A stretch of DNA of 64,000 bases, taken from contig CP120454.1 in the NCBI GenBank assembly GCA_034226945.1, positions 1,302,001 through 1,366,000 of the forward strand, read 5' to 3'. Each line of letters opens with the position of its first letter. The stretch's first letter is position 1. Shown in pieces: positions 11,984 through 24,100 of the stretch. The DNA comes from Picochlorum sp. SENEW3. Lineage: Eukaryota. Under the pieces are notes generated by a model. The model did no database searches, had not been told where the DNA came from, and saw only the letters and a program-made list of their open reading frames with translations. The position numbers and the translations under genes are program-made.

Positions 11984-12820
11984 ATATACATCTATATCAC
12001 CTAGTCGATGCTCCACTGCGTTTTATGGGGTTCCTTCTCGACGGAAATTCCTTACTTTGATAGTATAAAAAGTTCCTTGATACGAACAATAGAGTATGGA
12101 TATTATGTTACACGTGTTCGGTGAATCAAGGGCACGTACCGTTGATTCATTCAGAGTCGAGGCTGACCACCATTCGCCTCATCCTGAGTCAGGTATACCC
12201 GTTGCCATTGCCCTTCATTGCTACAATATCAAATAATAATAGTGACAGTATCTGTGCCAGAAGTATAGACGACGCGTACAACGTGCCGTGTGTAATCTGT
12301 GGCAAACGAGGTCTTGGATCACCGTTATTGGGATATACAAGAGACGAGGCATATCTATATATGAATTTGAATTAATTAGTGTTACTTAGAATACATTATG
12401 AAGGTGGGTTTATCTGTTTGAATATAGTTCATGATGTTGTGCCGCCTTTGGTGGGCGGTTCGCCTCTGAGTTTGCCCTCGAGGGTTGAGTTGAGTACGCG
12501 AGCTCAAAGGAATGCGCGTGTGTTTGTAGGGAGTTCGTAGAGCAAAGTCAACCTGGGTGTGGAATCAAAAGTATCCTTCTCAGTTAGAAATTCGTTAGAC
12601 TGTTCCTGGGATTTTGACAGGTATCTGGGAGTAGTAGGTACACACACAGAGGAGTGTTTATTATTGTGTGTTGAGTCATATATAGCGTGTGGACATTTTG
12701 GTATCTATACAGAAAGAAGACGGTTTTTGTCTTGCTGGTGTTGTTAGTTTTATTTGTGCTCTGTACTGGTCCACATTGATTTGTTGTTTTTGAGGTGGAA
12801 GAAGAAAGAAAGAAAGAAGA

Positions 12821-14779
12821 ATGATGACGAGTATTGGAAATGTTTCTAGAACACTGCATGCCCCAGGCATGCATAGTGGAGTGCAAAGAATGACGTATAA
12901 TGGTGCTCACGGTGTAAGAGTACCACCATCAAGGAATGGATGCAGCGTGGTCTGCACTGGGCAGAGAAGATGGGCGTACAGGAACATGTCCTGTGGTGCT
13001 CAGCAGGGTGCTGGATTCGATGATGCGGGGATGCATACGTGGGACGAGACCCCTGAAATTGTATCTGTTGATTTTTTGGTCTTGGGAAGTGGAATTGCCG
13101 GCCTCTCGTATGCCCTCAAGGTGGCAGAGTTTGGAACTGTGGCGATTGTGACAAAAGGAAAAGCCAAGGAAGGGTGTACGAGGTATGCTCAGGGTGGAAT
13201 TAGCGCTGTGCTGGATGCAAATGATTGCGTGGAAAGTCATATCAAAGATACACTTATTGCTGGAGCGTATTTGAATGATTTGGAAGCAGTTCGTACTGTG
13301 TGTGGAGAGGGTCCTGCCAGGGTGCTGGAATTGGCAGAGCTGGGTGCCTCGTTTACCAAGGGAGAGACGGGAGCGTTGCACTTGACAAAAGAAGGTGGGC
13401 ATTCTGCACGACGTGTGGTGCATGCTGCCGATGCGACTGGGGAAGAGATTGAAAGAGCATTGCTGTTTCAGGCTCGCAAACACCCTAATATTACCTTTTA
13501 TGAGCATCAATTGGCTGTGGATCTGGTGACTGGAGAGGATGCGCAGGGACAGACGGTGGCCCTTGGAGCCGATGCGTTGTGTTTACAGTCAGAAAAGTTG
13601 TCCAGATTCGTGGCTCCTACGACTCTGCTGGCGACTGGTGGGGCAGGTCAGGTGTATCCTTTGACCACAAATCCTTTGGTTTCTACTGGCGATGGAATTG
13701 CCATGGCTCATCGAGCAAAGGCTGCCGTGGCAAATATGGAGTTTGTGCAGTTCCATCCAACAGCATTGCATGCGGGTTCCTGTCCATATCCAAGTGGATT
13801 GGAGCCTGGAAGGGCATTCCTCATCTCAGAGGCAGTTCGTGGTGAGGGGGGTATCCTCCTGTCTGCGGATGGGACAAGGCGATTTATGGACGGCCTGGAT
13901 CCAAGGAAAGAACTAGCGCCACGAGATATTGTGGCAAGGGCGATACAGTCAGAGATGCAATGTTCTGGGTCGGATCATGTCTTGCTGGATGTGTGTCACC
14001 TGCCACGAGAGACAGTTTTGAGCCATTTCCCCAATATTGCCAATCAATGCAAGAAGATGGGAGTTGATATTACCACATCTCCTATTCCTGTGATTCCCGC
14101 GCAGCATTATTTGTGTGGAGGAGTCAAGGCAGGATTGAATGGAGAAACAACAATCCCAGGCCTTTTTGCATGCGGAGAGGTTGCATGTAGTGGGCTCCAT
14201 GGGGCCAACAGGTTGGCCTCCAACTCGCTGTTGGAAGGATTGGTGTTTGGGACAAGGGCTGTACAATCTGCTGTCGATCACAAGGAGCACACGGAATCGA
14301 CGATACGGGATGCGCTGCATCGCGTGAAGAATTCTGATGACATTGCAGCAAAGTGGAGACGACCTCCGAATGGCATGAGTTCTGCTGCTCATGCATGGGT
14401 TCAGGCAAAGCGCCAGAGGCTTCAATCCATCATGTGGGAAGCGGCAGGTATTGTGAGAGACTATGAGAGGATGAGGAGAGCGTTGGGAGAAATTGGTGAG
14501 TTGTATATTGAGTCTCGAGCAATCTGTGAGAGTTATGGTATCAACAAAGAACTCGTCGAGCTGAGGAATCTGGTGACGGTGGGGGAGTTGATCCTTTCAT
14601 CGGCACTGCAGAGAAAAGAGTCGCGAGGAGGTCATTACCGAGTGGATTATCCCAAGTCTATTCCAAAGGAAGCACGTGCTACAATAATCAGCACCAGTGC
14701 AAAGACAAGATTAAGGCTCAAGCTGATTCCCTCATCCGACGCAAGGCAGTCAACAGTTGTGAATGTGTTTTCCAAGTAA
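12821..14779 (+). CDS. nadB: L-aspartate oxidase, plastid-targeted
   Basis: DFLVLGSGIAGL, YAQGGI, EGGHSARRVVHAADATG, EFVQFHPT, LISEAVRGEGG, GLHGANRLASNSLLEG and RKESRGGH motifs; N-terminal transit-like extension. Confidence 0.95.
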   Translation: MMTSIGNVSRTLHAPGMHSGVQRMTYNGAHGVRVPPSRNGCSVVCTGQRRWAYRNMSCGAQQGAGFDDAGMHTWDETPEIVSVDFLVLGSGIAGLSYALKVAEFGTVAIVTKGKAKEGCTRYAQGGISAVLDANDCVESHIKDTLIAGAYLNDLEAVRTVCGEGPARVLELAELGASFTKGETGALHLTKEGGHSARRVVHAADATGEEIERALLFQARKHPNITFYEHQLAVDLVTGEDAQGQTVALGADALCLQSEKLSRFVAPTTLLATGGAGQVYPLTTNPLVSTGDGIAMAHRAKAAVANMEFVQFHPTALHAGSCPYPSGLEPGRAFLISEAVRGEGGILLSADGTRRFMDGLDPRKELAPRDIVARAIQSEMQCSGSDHVLLDVCHLPRETVLSHFPNIANQCKKMGVDITTSPIPVIPAQHYLCGGVKAGLNGETTIPGLFACGEVACSGLHGANRLASNSLLEGLVFGTRAVQSAVDHKEHTESTIRDALHRVKNSDDIAAKWRRPPNGMSSAAHAWVQAKRQRLQSIMWEAAGIVRDYERMRRALGEIGELYIESRAICESYGINKELVELRNLVTVGELILSSALQRKESRGGHYRVDYPKSIPKEARATIISTSAKTRLRLKLIPSSDARQSTVVNVFSK

Positions 14780-14829
14780 ATTTGTTTCTCGTGCATCTTT
14801 AAAAAAGGTTACAAATCATTCCTAACGAT

Positions 14830-17472
14830 TTAAAAAGTATGTCTTTTCAATTGTTTCTTTTCCGAGTCATATTCTCCAATTTCATTGACATCTTCTTCCT
14901 CTTCGTCTTCCTCTTCCTCCTCTTCTTCCTGTTTATCCTGGGAATCTTCCGTCTCAATACCATCATCTTCCTCATCCACTGTATCATCTTCTTCCCAGCC
15001 AGCTGCCGCAAGATTGCCTTCGAGCCAATCCTGCCTCATTCTTTCAGGCATCTGATCCCGAGTCTGTTGGCGAATGGCCTTGAGTTCATCTATCTTCCAT
15101 CCTGGAAGCTTGGGTATGCCAGCAGCTTCCATGGCCACGTCAATAAATGCTCCAAGATGATTCATGTCGGCATATGTATTTGCATATAGCCACGCTGGGT
15201 GGATGTTCTCTGGATCTGGTCTGGACCATGCACTGCCCTCTTCAGAGGATGGATGCATGACAAATCCACCATCCTTGAAATCTTTTCTCCTAAAGAATGA
15301 GAATTCTGCGTGTGGATTGACCCAGTCCAAGTGCGATCCGCGGCGAAGATGTACAGTGTTTTGTACGTCTCCTCCTCTAAAGAGACTGTCATCCTCATTT
15401 CTCCATCCATAAGGGAGGAGTTGCAATGTGACAGCTCCAGACTTGAGGAAAATCGAGTGCATCCATCCGGGTTCGTGGCTGCCAATTAAGACATCAGTCT
15501 CTGAGAAAATACTAGCTACTGCATCCACGTGTTCTGACAGGTCAGTCACACGAAGTCGAACCTCATAGTTCCAATAAATATAGCGTAATACATGCCTCTC
15601 ATTGAGGATGGCTCGATTCAAATTCTTGACCCTCGTGATAAACGTGACGACTGGAAGCTCTTGTCTCCATCCATGATTTTCAAATGGAATTGGAGGTGGC
15701 GACAGATATTTTCTGGCCTCCTCTTTCACTCTGTCATACTCGGACTTCAACGTCTTGTGCCGCTTCTGATAGGCAAAGACCCAGGGATGATGAATCATGG
15801 CCATTTTATCATCCTGCATCGTTTTATCCAGTCCCCACACATACGGAGAATCCCAAACAGTCTTTGGAATCGATGGATAAACTCTATCAATCAGGCCACC
15901 CTGGCCCAGATGTATTCCTTTCCGAAGTTTCTCTGCATTCAAATCTGGGTACCCTAGAAACTCTATTGCATTGTTCATGACTAAACGCTGCTGCGCAGAT
16001 CGTGTAAATTGGACAAAATCATCTAAATCACTTGAAAGGGAATCAAATGCTCCTAATTCCGAGTCATCCACTCCTTCTATTGCTTCCTCAAATGAGAATG
16101 ATTTGGTGGACCCAACAATGAGATTTCTGAGGCAGGATCCATCAATTGCATCGAGCGATCTGACCTTGCTCGACATGGCAGAATATAATGCAGACCACTC
16201 GGTAGAAACAACACTTTCGTCACTATAAATGATTGCTGGACCTTCCTTTTTAAACTTCAACTCTGGATTCCCTGGCCATACACCAGGCTGACAGCATGTA
16301 TCTTCAACATTACAGCGTTTGCGGAATGAAGATCCTTTCTTCCGATTTACACAATCTGACGCAGGTTTCACGGACCCAGTCAAAAGGTCCGCAACAATGG
16401 GACACTCGTCACCTGAGAGCCCAGTCCCAAGTTTTGTTGTGACTCCCTCCTGATCAATTTTGAACAGATCCAAATAGCCCAGCTCTCTCGCGGTCTGAAA
16501 TGTTCCGAGCAGACCATCTGTCCAAGCATGCCACATATTCTCAGGATACCTGGAATGAGTCAAAAAGGCTGGCTCCTCAATCCAAGACGAACATGCATTT
16601 GGCGGCCTTTGCTCGGCAACGTATTCAACATCTATAAATTGCCGAAACTCTTTTCTCTTTGTCCGAACTAGCAAAGTCGTTGGAGCCTTTGGAACAGTTG
16701 AATTTGCGGTCGTCACATCATACCACATACTCTTTGGTTGCTTCATCTCTGTGCCACCATAAAATACCACCCTTCCATGTTCTAATTTGACATTGGTAAA
16801 CCTATAAAAATGGTTCGGCTTCGAATCTGTTGTCCCACCAGTCGTAGGATGAGCATACAAACCCGACGTAAGAGAATCTTTGGGAAATAGAGTAATCTCG
16901 GCATCATCATTTTCAGCCAGCAAGGCATCAGCCAAAAGCTGCAACTTGCTCTTCTGATCATCTGATATGCCACCGTGGACCCTTTTCAAGTTTATTATAT
17001 CTCTCACATTTATTTCCTCTTCATCTCCATCCTCATACACCTCTTCAGCCGTCGGGCTATGGATCACAGAATCCTCGCCACCAGGCACTTGGGGAGGCAC
17101 CCATGAGTCATCAATCTGGGCGCTGTGCTTCATGATTGTCGCCAACTGCTTCACTCCTAGAAACACAAAGCATATTGCTACGATTATTTGCATCGCAAAC
17201 AACGCTTTCCTCCGCTTCACTCGATTCTGAGAATGCCTTGGTGTCCCCATCCGTGGCGTCCCCATCCGTGGTGTCCCCATCCTTGGCGTTCCGCTTCCAC
17301 TTCCAGGAAGCGATGAAGACTGCCCCAGACGAGAAGGCACCCTAATAGGCACCGGAAGGGTAACACCTTCAACAGATCTATTCGTCTGAGCAGGTCTCCT
17401 CTGCATATGCCCCATGGACCCTTGGGCTGAGGATGCCCGGGGCGATCGCGAATCTCCATGCCCATGGTCCAT
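14830..17472 (-). CDS. Type II membrane glycosyltransferase, GT61/DUF563-like
   Basis: One N-terminal TM segment after a basic patch. YPENMWHAWTDGL, RAILNE and TDVLIGSHEPGWMHSIFLKSGAVTLQLLPYG resemble GT61 motifs. Acidic C-terminus. Confidence 0.7.
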   Translation of the reverse strand: MDHGHGDSRSPRASSAQGSMGHMQRRPAQTNRSVEGVTLPVPIRVPSRLGQSSSLPGSGSGTPRMGTPRMGTPRMGTPRHSQNRVKRRKALFAMQIIVAICFVFLGVKQLATIMKHSAQIDDSWVPPQVPGGEDSVIHSPTAEEVYEDGDEEEINVRDIINLKRVHGGISDDQKSKLQLLADALLAENDDAEITLFPKDSLTSGLYAHPTTGGTTDSKPNHFYRFTNVKLEHGRVVFYGGTEMKQPKSMWYDVTTANSTVPKAPTTLLVRTKRKEFRQFIDVEYVAEQRPPNACSSWIEEPAFLTHSRYPENMWHAWTDGLLGTFQTARELGYLDLFKIDQEGVTTKLGTGLSGDECPIVADLLTGSVKPASDCVNRKKGSSFRKRCNVEDTCCQPGVWPGNPELKFKKEGPAIIYSDESVVSTEWSALYSAMSSKVRSLDAIDGSCLRNLIVGSTKSFSFEEAIEGVDDSELGAFDSLSSDLDDFVQFTRSAQQRLVMNNAIEFLGYPDLNAEKLRKGIHLGQGGLIDRVYPSIPKTVWDSPYVWGLDKTMQDDKMAMIHHPWVFAYQKRHKTLKSEYDRVKEEARKYLSPPPIPFENHGWRQELPVVTFITRVKNLNRAILNERHVLRYIYWNYEVRLRVTDLSEHVDAVASIFSETDVLIGSHEPGWMHSIFLKSGAVTLQLLPYGWRNEDDSLFRGGDVQNTVHLRRGSHLDWVNPHAEFSFFRRKDFKDGGFVMHPSSEEGSAWSRPDPENIHPAWLYANTYADMNHLGAFIDVAMEAAGIPKLPGWKIDELKAIRQQTRDQMPERMRQDWLEGNLAAAGWEEDDTVDEEDDGIETEDSQDKQEEEEEEEDEEEEDVNEIGEYDSEKKQLKRHTF
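17236..17292 (-). repeat. 15-bp coding tandem repeat, about 3.8 copies, encoding (GTPRM)n
   Basis: Plus-strand units ccttggtgtccccat / ccgtggcgtccccat / ccgtggtgtccccat / ccttggcgttcc. Confidence 0.9.
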
Positions 17473-18224
17473 ATCTCAAACTATCCTTCAAATACTACGA
17501 CTAGACTATCTACTGGACCCTGATATTGGCAAAATCTTGTCAGAACAGAATACAGTGTATTGGAATTCGGCCTGCAACGCACAACCCGAACAATCAGATG
17601 CAATAACCCCCCAAAGAGACTAACTTTATGCATTACAGACAATTACAGAGGCATGTGCCGCTTCTTGGAACATCATTTGCTGACGCCAGCACATGACAAG
17701 GCAAACCACCTAACGACGTTGCCCCTCGAAGACACTCCATACACGCCATATCGCACCAACATACCTCCCATATATTTTTTCATCATTAAATATGTATCAT
17801 ACACCATCCATATCGGTCTGTTAAGAAAGCGAGAGTAGAAACACACACATGGAGCACACCCTGCCTTGCTGACACGACTGACTTGTGTGCTGTGCCCGTC
17901 TCCCTTCCTACTATGAACTATTAAATGATTTAATAATGCAAAAGATGGATTCTTACTGCACTATTGACTCAGGATCGCCCTGCGATGCGAATCCTGCAGA
18001 AACTTCCAGCTCTGGTTGTTGCAGACATCCCATCCATGACAAACATGCCCAGAATCCCGCGCATTTTGGGTGAACACGCATTCCACACCTTTGAATGACT
18101 TTATGCATGCTATTTCGACCATAATGAGGATATAATGCTCCAATGAAGGCGGTCTAAAGACGTCTCACTTGTAAGATAGATACAAGGTCTCATCAAATGT
18201 CTTGTTCGATAGGACATGGTGTCT

Positions 18225-18277
18225 CGAAGTTTCCAGAACTTTCGAGAACCATCCGACACGTCAGCAATGATATAAAA
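18225..18277 (+). promoter_or_regulatory. Heat-shock element (five alternating nGAAn units) and TATA box of HSP101
   Basis: cGAAg tTTCc aGAAc tTTCg aGAAc at 18225-18249 and TATAAAA at 18271-18277, about 130-180 nt upstream of the HSP101 ATG. Confidence 0.9.
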
Positions 18278-18402
18278 GCAGGATGTCGAACGTTCTCGTA
18301 TCAGATGCAAATGTAATTACAACCTTATTTGTTGCCGTCGTAATTTTTATCCGAGTACGATTATTTTATAGAGTATAGATATCTAGAAGAAGAAAGAGCA
18401 GT

Positions 18403-21093
18403 ATGGATCCAAACAAGTTGACCCAGAAGACTGCAGAAGTAGTGAATAATGCCAGGGATTTGGCGTTGGAAGAGCAGCACCAAGAGCTTCACCCTGTTCA
18501 TGTGGCTATAGTGATGGTAGAAGATCCAGAAGGGATTGCAAAGCATGCCATATTGAAGCAAGGGGGTGATGCTGCGTACAAGAGCCTGATGCGACTGTTG
18601 AGGAAAAGGTTGGTGGTGTTGCCCAAAATGGAGCCTGCTCCTACGGACGTGTATCTTGGAAACGATTTGAAAAAGGTCTTTCAGGCTGCAAACAAGATGA
18701 TGAAGAAAAAGGAGGATTCCTTCATGGGAGTGGATGTGTTGTTCCTTGCGCTGATGGAGGCGTCAAAGGATGTAGCCAAAGCCATGGAGGAGGCAGGTTT
18801 GGGGAGAGGGCAAGTGGCGTCGGCGATAGAGACGACACGGGGAGCGCATCGTGTAAACTCTGCGAGTGCGGATGATCAGTTTGATGCATTGACAAAGTAT
18901 GGGACGGATTTGACTGCTCGAGCTGCAGAGTTGGATCCTGTGATTGGTCGAGACGAGGAAATCCGCCGAGTTATTCGTGTCTTGTGTCGAAGGACGAAGA
19001 ACAATCCTGTTTTGATTGGAGAGCCCGGAGTAGGAAAGACTGCCATTGTAGAAGGGTTGGCACAACGGATTGTGAAGAATGATGTCCCAAACACACTGCA
19101 GAATGTCAGGCTGATTGCACTAGATATTGGTGCACTGATCGCGGGTGCAAAATATCGCGGAGAATTCGAAGAGCGTTTGAAAGCTGTGATCAAGGAAGTG
19201 CAAGAGGCGCAAGGTGGAGTTATTATGTTTATTGATGAGATGCACCTCATTTTGGGTGCTGGGAAGACTGATGGTGCCATGGACGCTGCCAATTTGCTTA
19301 AACCAATGCTTGCTCGAGGTGAGCTCCGCATGATTGGAGCAACAACGTTGGAGGAGTATAGAGAGCATGTAGAGAAGGACGCTGCATTTGAAAGGCGATT
19401 CCAGCAGGTGTTGGTCGGAGAGCCATCCGTTCAAGATACTGTCCAGATCTTGCGTGGTTTGAAAGAGCGATATGCATCGCATCATGGAGTTCAAATCTCG
19501 GACAAGGCTCTGGTCGTTGCAGCCGAGTTATCCGATAGATATATCACCAATAGATTTTTGCCAGACAAGGCAATTGATCTCGTAGATGAGGCCTGTAGTA
19601 ATTTGCAAGTTCAGTTGGAGAGCAAGCCTGAACAGATTGATGTGCTTGAGAGGCAGATGATTCGCCTTCAAGTCGAAGAGAAAGCGTTGGAAAAAGAAAA
19701 GGATAAGGTCTCTCAAGAACGGGTTGCAGAAGTCCGAAAAGAAATTGGATCGATCCAGGATGCTCTGAAGCCATTGCAGATGCGATACCAGTCGGAGAAG
19801 GGTAGACTTGATGAAATCAAAGCTTTGCAAAAGAAAAAGGAGGAACTTCAAATTCGACTGGAGCAGGCCGAAAATAGAATGGACTTGGCAATGGTTGCTG
19901 ATATTCGCTATGGTGCTTTGGCAGAAGTATCAGAGGCTCTTGCAAAGCGACAGGCAGAGGTTCAGGAAGCTGATCACATGCTCAGCGAGATGGTCGGTCC
20001 AGAGGACGTTGCCACAGTAGTGGCAAAATGGACTGGTATTCCTGTGAATAAGCTCCAAGAGACGGATAAAGAGCGACTGATGCATTTGGAAGATTTCCTG
20101 CATCAGAGAGTGATAGGCCAAAATGATGCTGTGAGGGCCGTTTCTGATGCAGTCCTGCGCTCAAGAGCGGGATTGGGTTCCCGGGCAAGAGGGTCATCCT
20201 TCCTTTTCTTAGGACCAACTGGTGTTGGTAAGACAGAGTTGGCCAAGGCTTTGGCCGCAATGCTTTTTGATAGCGAGAAACAGTTGGTTAGGATTGATAT
20301 GTCTGAGTATATGGAAAAACACAGTGTGTCAAGAATGATTGGGGCACCACCAGGATATATTGGCCATGAGGAGGGAGGACAACTTACAGAGGCAGTTCGT
20401 CGTAGACCTTATAGTGTAGTTCTGTTTGATGAGGTGGAAAAAGCCCATCCTGATGTGATGAATTTGCTGCTCGGTGTGCTTGATGATGGAAGGTTGACAG
20501 ATTCAAAAGGTAGAACAGTATCATTTGCCAACACAATCATCATCATGACCTCAAACTTGGGATCCAAGATTTTGCTTGATGAAGGAAATAGTGCCTCAGC
20601 TAAAGAAGCTGTCCTTAGCGTGGTCCGTCAGAACTTTAGACCAGAGTTCTTGAATAGGCTGGATGAGATGGTGATTTTCGATCCTCTTGGACCAGAGCAG
20701 TTGAGAGAGGTTGCCCGACTGCAGACCATAGAGCTGAACCAACGGCTTGTAGAAAGATCAATCACTCTGTCTATGACAGATAAAGCTCTTGATTATGCTG
20801 CGAAAGAAAGTTATGATCATTTGTATGGAGCAAGACCTCTGCGCAGATGGCTGGAGCATAATATCATCACAGCGCTGTCCAGAATGATTATTAGCGACGA
20901 GCTCCCTGATGACTCGAAAGTTACTGTGGATAAGAACGAGAGCGGGTTGACATTTTCGGTCAGGCCGGATGAGGAAGCAGCAGCAGCCAGAGCAGCCCTT
21001 GCAGGAGCTAGTGTAAAAAGGGCAAGGCTGGACAACATGATCAATAACACTGAATGGGATCAGGATGAGGATGACATGATGGATGATGAATAA
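18403..21093 (+). CDS. HSP101: Cytosolic ClpB/Hsp101 disaggregase
   Basis: Two AAA+ modules ([17 protein letters not shown]), [23 protein letters not shown], coiled-coil middle domain, GARPLRR; no transit peptide. Confidence 0.97.
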   Translation: MDPNKLTQKTAEVVNNARDLALEEQHQELHPVHVAIVMVEDPEGIAKHAILKQGGDAAYKSLMRLLRKRLVVLPKMEPAPTDVYLGNDLKKVFQAANKMMKKKEDSFMGVDVLFLALMEASKDVAKAMEEAGLGRGQVASAIETTRGAHRVNSASADDQFDALTKYGTDLTARAAELDPVIGRDEEIRRVIRVLCRRTKNNPVLIGEPGVGKTAIVEGLAQRIVKNDVPNTLQNVRLIALDIGALIAGAKYRGEFEERLKAVIKEVQEAQGGVIMFIDEMHLILGAGKTDGAMDAANLLKPMLARGELRMIGATTLEEYREHVEKDAAFERRFQQVLVGEPSVQDTVQILRGLKERYASHHGVQISDKALVVAAELSDRYITNRFLPDKAIDLVDEACSNLQVQLESKPEQIDVLERQMIRLQVEEKALEKEKDKVSQERVAEVRKEIGSIQDALKPLQMRYQSEKGRLDEIKALQKKKEELQIRLEQAENRMDLAMVADIRYGALAEVSEALAKRQAEVQEADHMLSEMVGPEDVATVVAKWTGIPVNKLQETDKERLMHLEDFLHQRVIGQNDAVRAVSDAVLRSRAGLGSRARGSSFLFLGPTGVGKTELAKALAAMLFDSEKQLVRIDMSEYMEKHSVSRMIGAPPGYIGHEEGGQLTEAVRRRPYSVVLFDEVEKAHPDVMNLLLGVLDDGRLTDSKGRTVSFANTIIIMTSNLGSKILLDEGNSASAKEAVLSVVRQNFRPEFLNRLDEMVIFDPLGPEQLREVARLQTIELNQRLVERSITLSMTDKALDYAAKESYDHLYGARPLRRWLEHNIITALSRMIISDELPDDSKVTVDKNESGLTFSVRPDEEAAAARAALAGASVKRARLDNMINNTEWDQDEDDMMDDE

Positions 21094-21138
21094 ATTAATT
21101 AAAGTAATGTAATTCAACATATTGATTATTTGTTTTCT

Positions 21139-24100
21139 TCAATTCAGGAGTGCTGTCACTTCACCCAAACTCAAATGATGTTTGCTTTTCATTCCGTCAC
21201 TCAATTTCTTCTGCTCGCTGATGCGTGCTACATTCTCTTCTATACTTTCACGTACTATATACTTGTGGACAAATGTTTGCTTTTTCTGGCCCATACGGTC
21301 TACTCTCCCAATGGCTTGTGCTTCCTCCCCGGGATCCAGCACAGGTTCTACGAATACCACATGCTGAAGCTGTTGCAAATTCAATCCATTCCCCCCTTGC
21401 TTGAGAAGCAAGAGCAAAACCCGAGGACTGTCATGAACGCTTGAATTTCGGAACACTGATACTGCCTGATCAAACTTTTTACCCGTCTTAGGGTACAAGT
21501 GATGGACTCCATTCTGCTCCAATGCAAATGCAACAATATCCAAAGCATCTTTCCAACTCGAGAAGATGATCATTTTATCCTCAGGCAATGATTCTGAGAT
21601 GATTTTCACACGGCGTACGATAGATTCGATTTTAGAACCAAACGATCCATTGACTTGTATCTTTTCTTCCCCTTCCCATGCGCCATCCACCAGTGTTCTG
21701 CCTTCTGGCACAGTACTAGTGACAACAGCTGTTTCTGAGGCTGCTGACACAGCTCGACATGTTGGACACTTCATTGTTCTCTCATTTCTGCTTTTACTCT
21801 CCTTCTCAACAATGATATCATTGCATGGAATACACAAAACATGGCCACAAGGAGGCATAGCCAGGTCATGACCGACCACATCGTGACATACTGGACATAT
21901 TTGCTCTTTCACAGGAGCATCCCCATTTGATGTCCCATGCGTTGAATTCAACTTTTCCAAACTTTTGAGATATTTCCATGTTCCAAGAGCATTCTGTAAG
22001 TCATTTTGTGCGATCGCATGCTCCGTTTGAAATTCAACAAGTCTCTCTGGGATCTCAAATGGATGCACTGTATATCTCTCTTCTTCTGCTGAAAGTGCAT
22101 GTTCAGTTGATAGACGCAACCTCATTCGCATTCTGCACATATTCAGCTCGTCTAAAGAGTATAGTACTTGTCTCTGAGCAACAGCTAAAGCCCTGACTTT
22201 GATAAATTCCCTGCGCCTAAGTTCCATTAAATCTAAATGATACTTTGCTGCTTTAAGCAGAAATTGACGCTTCTCATCCGAGTCCTCCTTACGGAGCGAA
22301 ATGCTTTTGATAAAATTCGCAAGATATTTGAGGACTTTTTCGGTCTGGCTAGGTCCCCTGATGACTTTAGAATCTGCAACTTTGTTATCAGAACGCTTCC
22401 ATTGAACCCCGTCACCCTGCAAACTTGACTTTTCGCCCACACCACCAATACCAACCCTATACAATGATTGTTTATGTGCTGCCTCTGCGATATTCTCTGC
22501 TGAAAGGGTTCCTTTACCTCTTGCTGAAGCAACAAGAGTGAATAATCTCACTTCCCAGCCAATCATCTTCCTGTCAAAGTGGCAATGTTCGCACACTATT
22601 CCACCTGTTGCATTGAATGATCGACATGTTCCACAATGAGCTGCTGCATCGATCAACCCTTGATCTTCTTCTGAAACACGCTTTCCTAAATACTCTAAGA
22701 GTGCAACTACCTCAGATCTCATTTCATCCTGGGCGCTCAACTCTTGTCCAAGCAAAACTTGAAGCCCGAATATATCACTGAATCTTGAGGCAATATTACT
22801 TGCATTTTTAGAAGCGGCATGCCTATATACTTCATCTTGCGTCAGATATTCTTTTAGATCCTGGACAAACTCCTCGTGTTTGTCCGCCTCTTTGAGCAGC
22901 AACAAGGCCTCAGCCCACCAATAACTCATTACATCCTTGGCAGCTGAGCACTCCTGACTGAATTTTTTGTGAATTGCTTTGGAATCTCTGGAGAGATCTT
23001 TCAACTCATTCTCTGCTAGAGCTAATTTAGTTTTTGGCTCTGCCATGTATCCTTTTTGTAATGATGCGATGGAGCTTTTCAGGTTGTCATCTTGCAATGA
23101 TCGTCCTACACCTGGCTTGTCCAAAATTTGCACTAGGTTGTATACTGTATGCAGTATCTGTAGTTTATCAGCCTTGATGAACTGCTCATTTTCCTGAGAC
23201 ACTTTAAGGACTTCTCTATAATGTGTTGCTGCATCAGCAAAGTTTTCTTGCAAGATTTTCAAACCTGCTAGGCCATTGTGAGTTGACAGAAAGAGCCTCT
23301 GCGCATCTTCTGCTTCTATCTTAGCTTTATTGAGCATGGTCTCAAGTACTTGGATCATAGACATTGGTGTTTTTATATGTGCCAGAGACTTCAATCCTCC
23401 AGCACCTACCTGAGGATGAACACATGCCTGACGAAGCCTCAAGAGTGGATGTAGAAGCTTTCTCTCTTCCTTCTTTGTCAGAAACCTGTCCTTTATGCGA
23501 GCATTCGCCGGAGCGTTTGTGTCCCCCAATGTATGTGCCTTTTTAGGACCACCTACTGATTTGGGTAGGGTTTTTTGAGCAGCACCACAGCAGGCTTGGT
23601 GCTGCCGTTGATAGAAATGACGCTCAATGCGTGACAAATCTAGGCGGTGAAGGCATTCTCTCTGAGGGGGGATTTGCAGCTCTGTCGAGACATCTTTCTT
23701 GGATGACCTCCACATGAGACCTCCTAATGACGGTTTCAAAAGTTTGACGAGCCTTGTGAGCGCCTCCTGATATGACTGGCCATGCTCCACTGACTCCAAA
23801 GGAGATTGAATCAGCCTTGCCCACCACCCTTTCTGAGCATATGGATCTACTCGTAGAAAGGAAAACAGCCCATAAAGATCTTCTAATCCTCTAGATATCG
23901 GGGTTCCAGTGACACACCACAAGTTGGTCGCTGCAATCTTCATCACCATCTCTGTGGCTTTTGCAGTACTACTCTCAACCATTTGAGCTTCATCTACCAC
24001 CACTCTCCAAAACTTCACACGTGTCAAAGGGGTTGGCATGATATGGTACCTCTTCTCATACCTCAGCCTACGTCCTTCTGTTCTATCCGGATTTCTGTAC

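Noticed and set aside
12540..12605. RNase P/MRP P4-like pairing (AAAGTCAAC / GTTAGAC)
   Set aside because: The two strands are too close together and the other conserved regions are missing.
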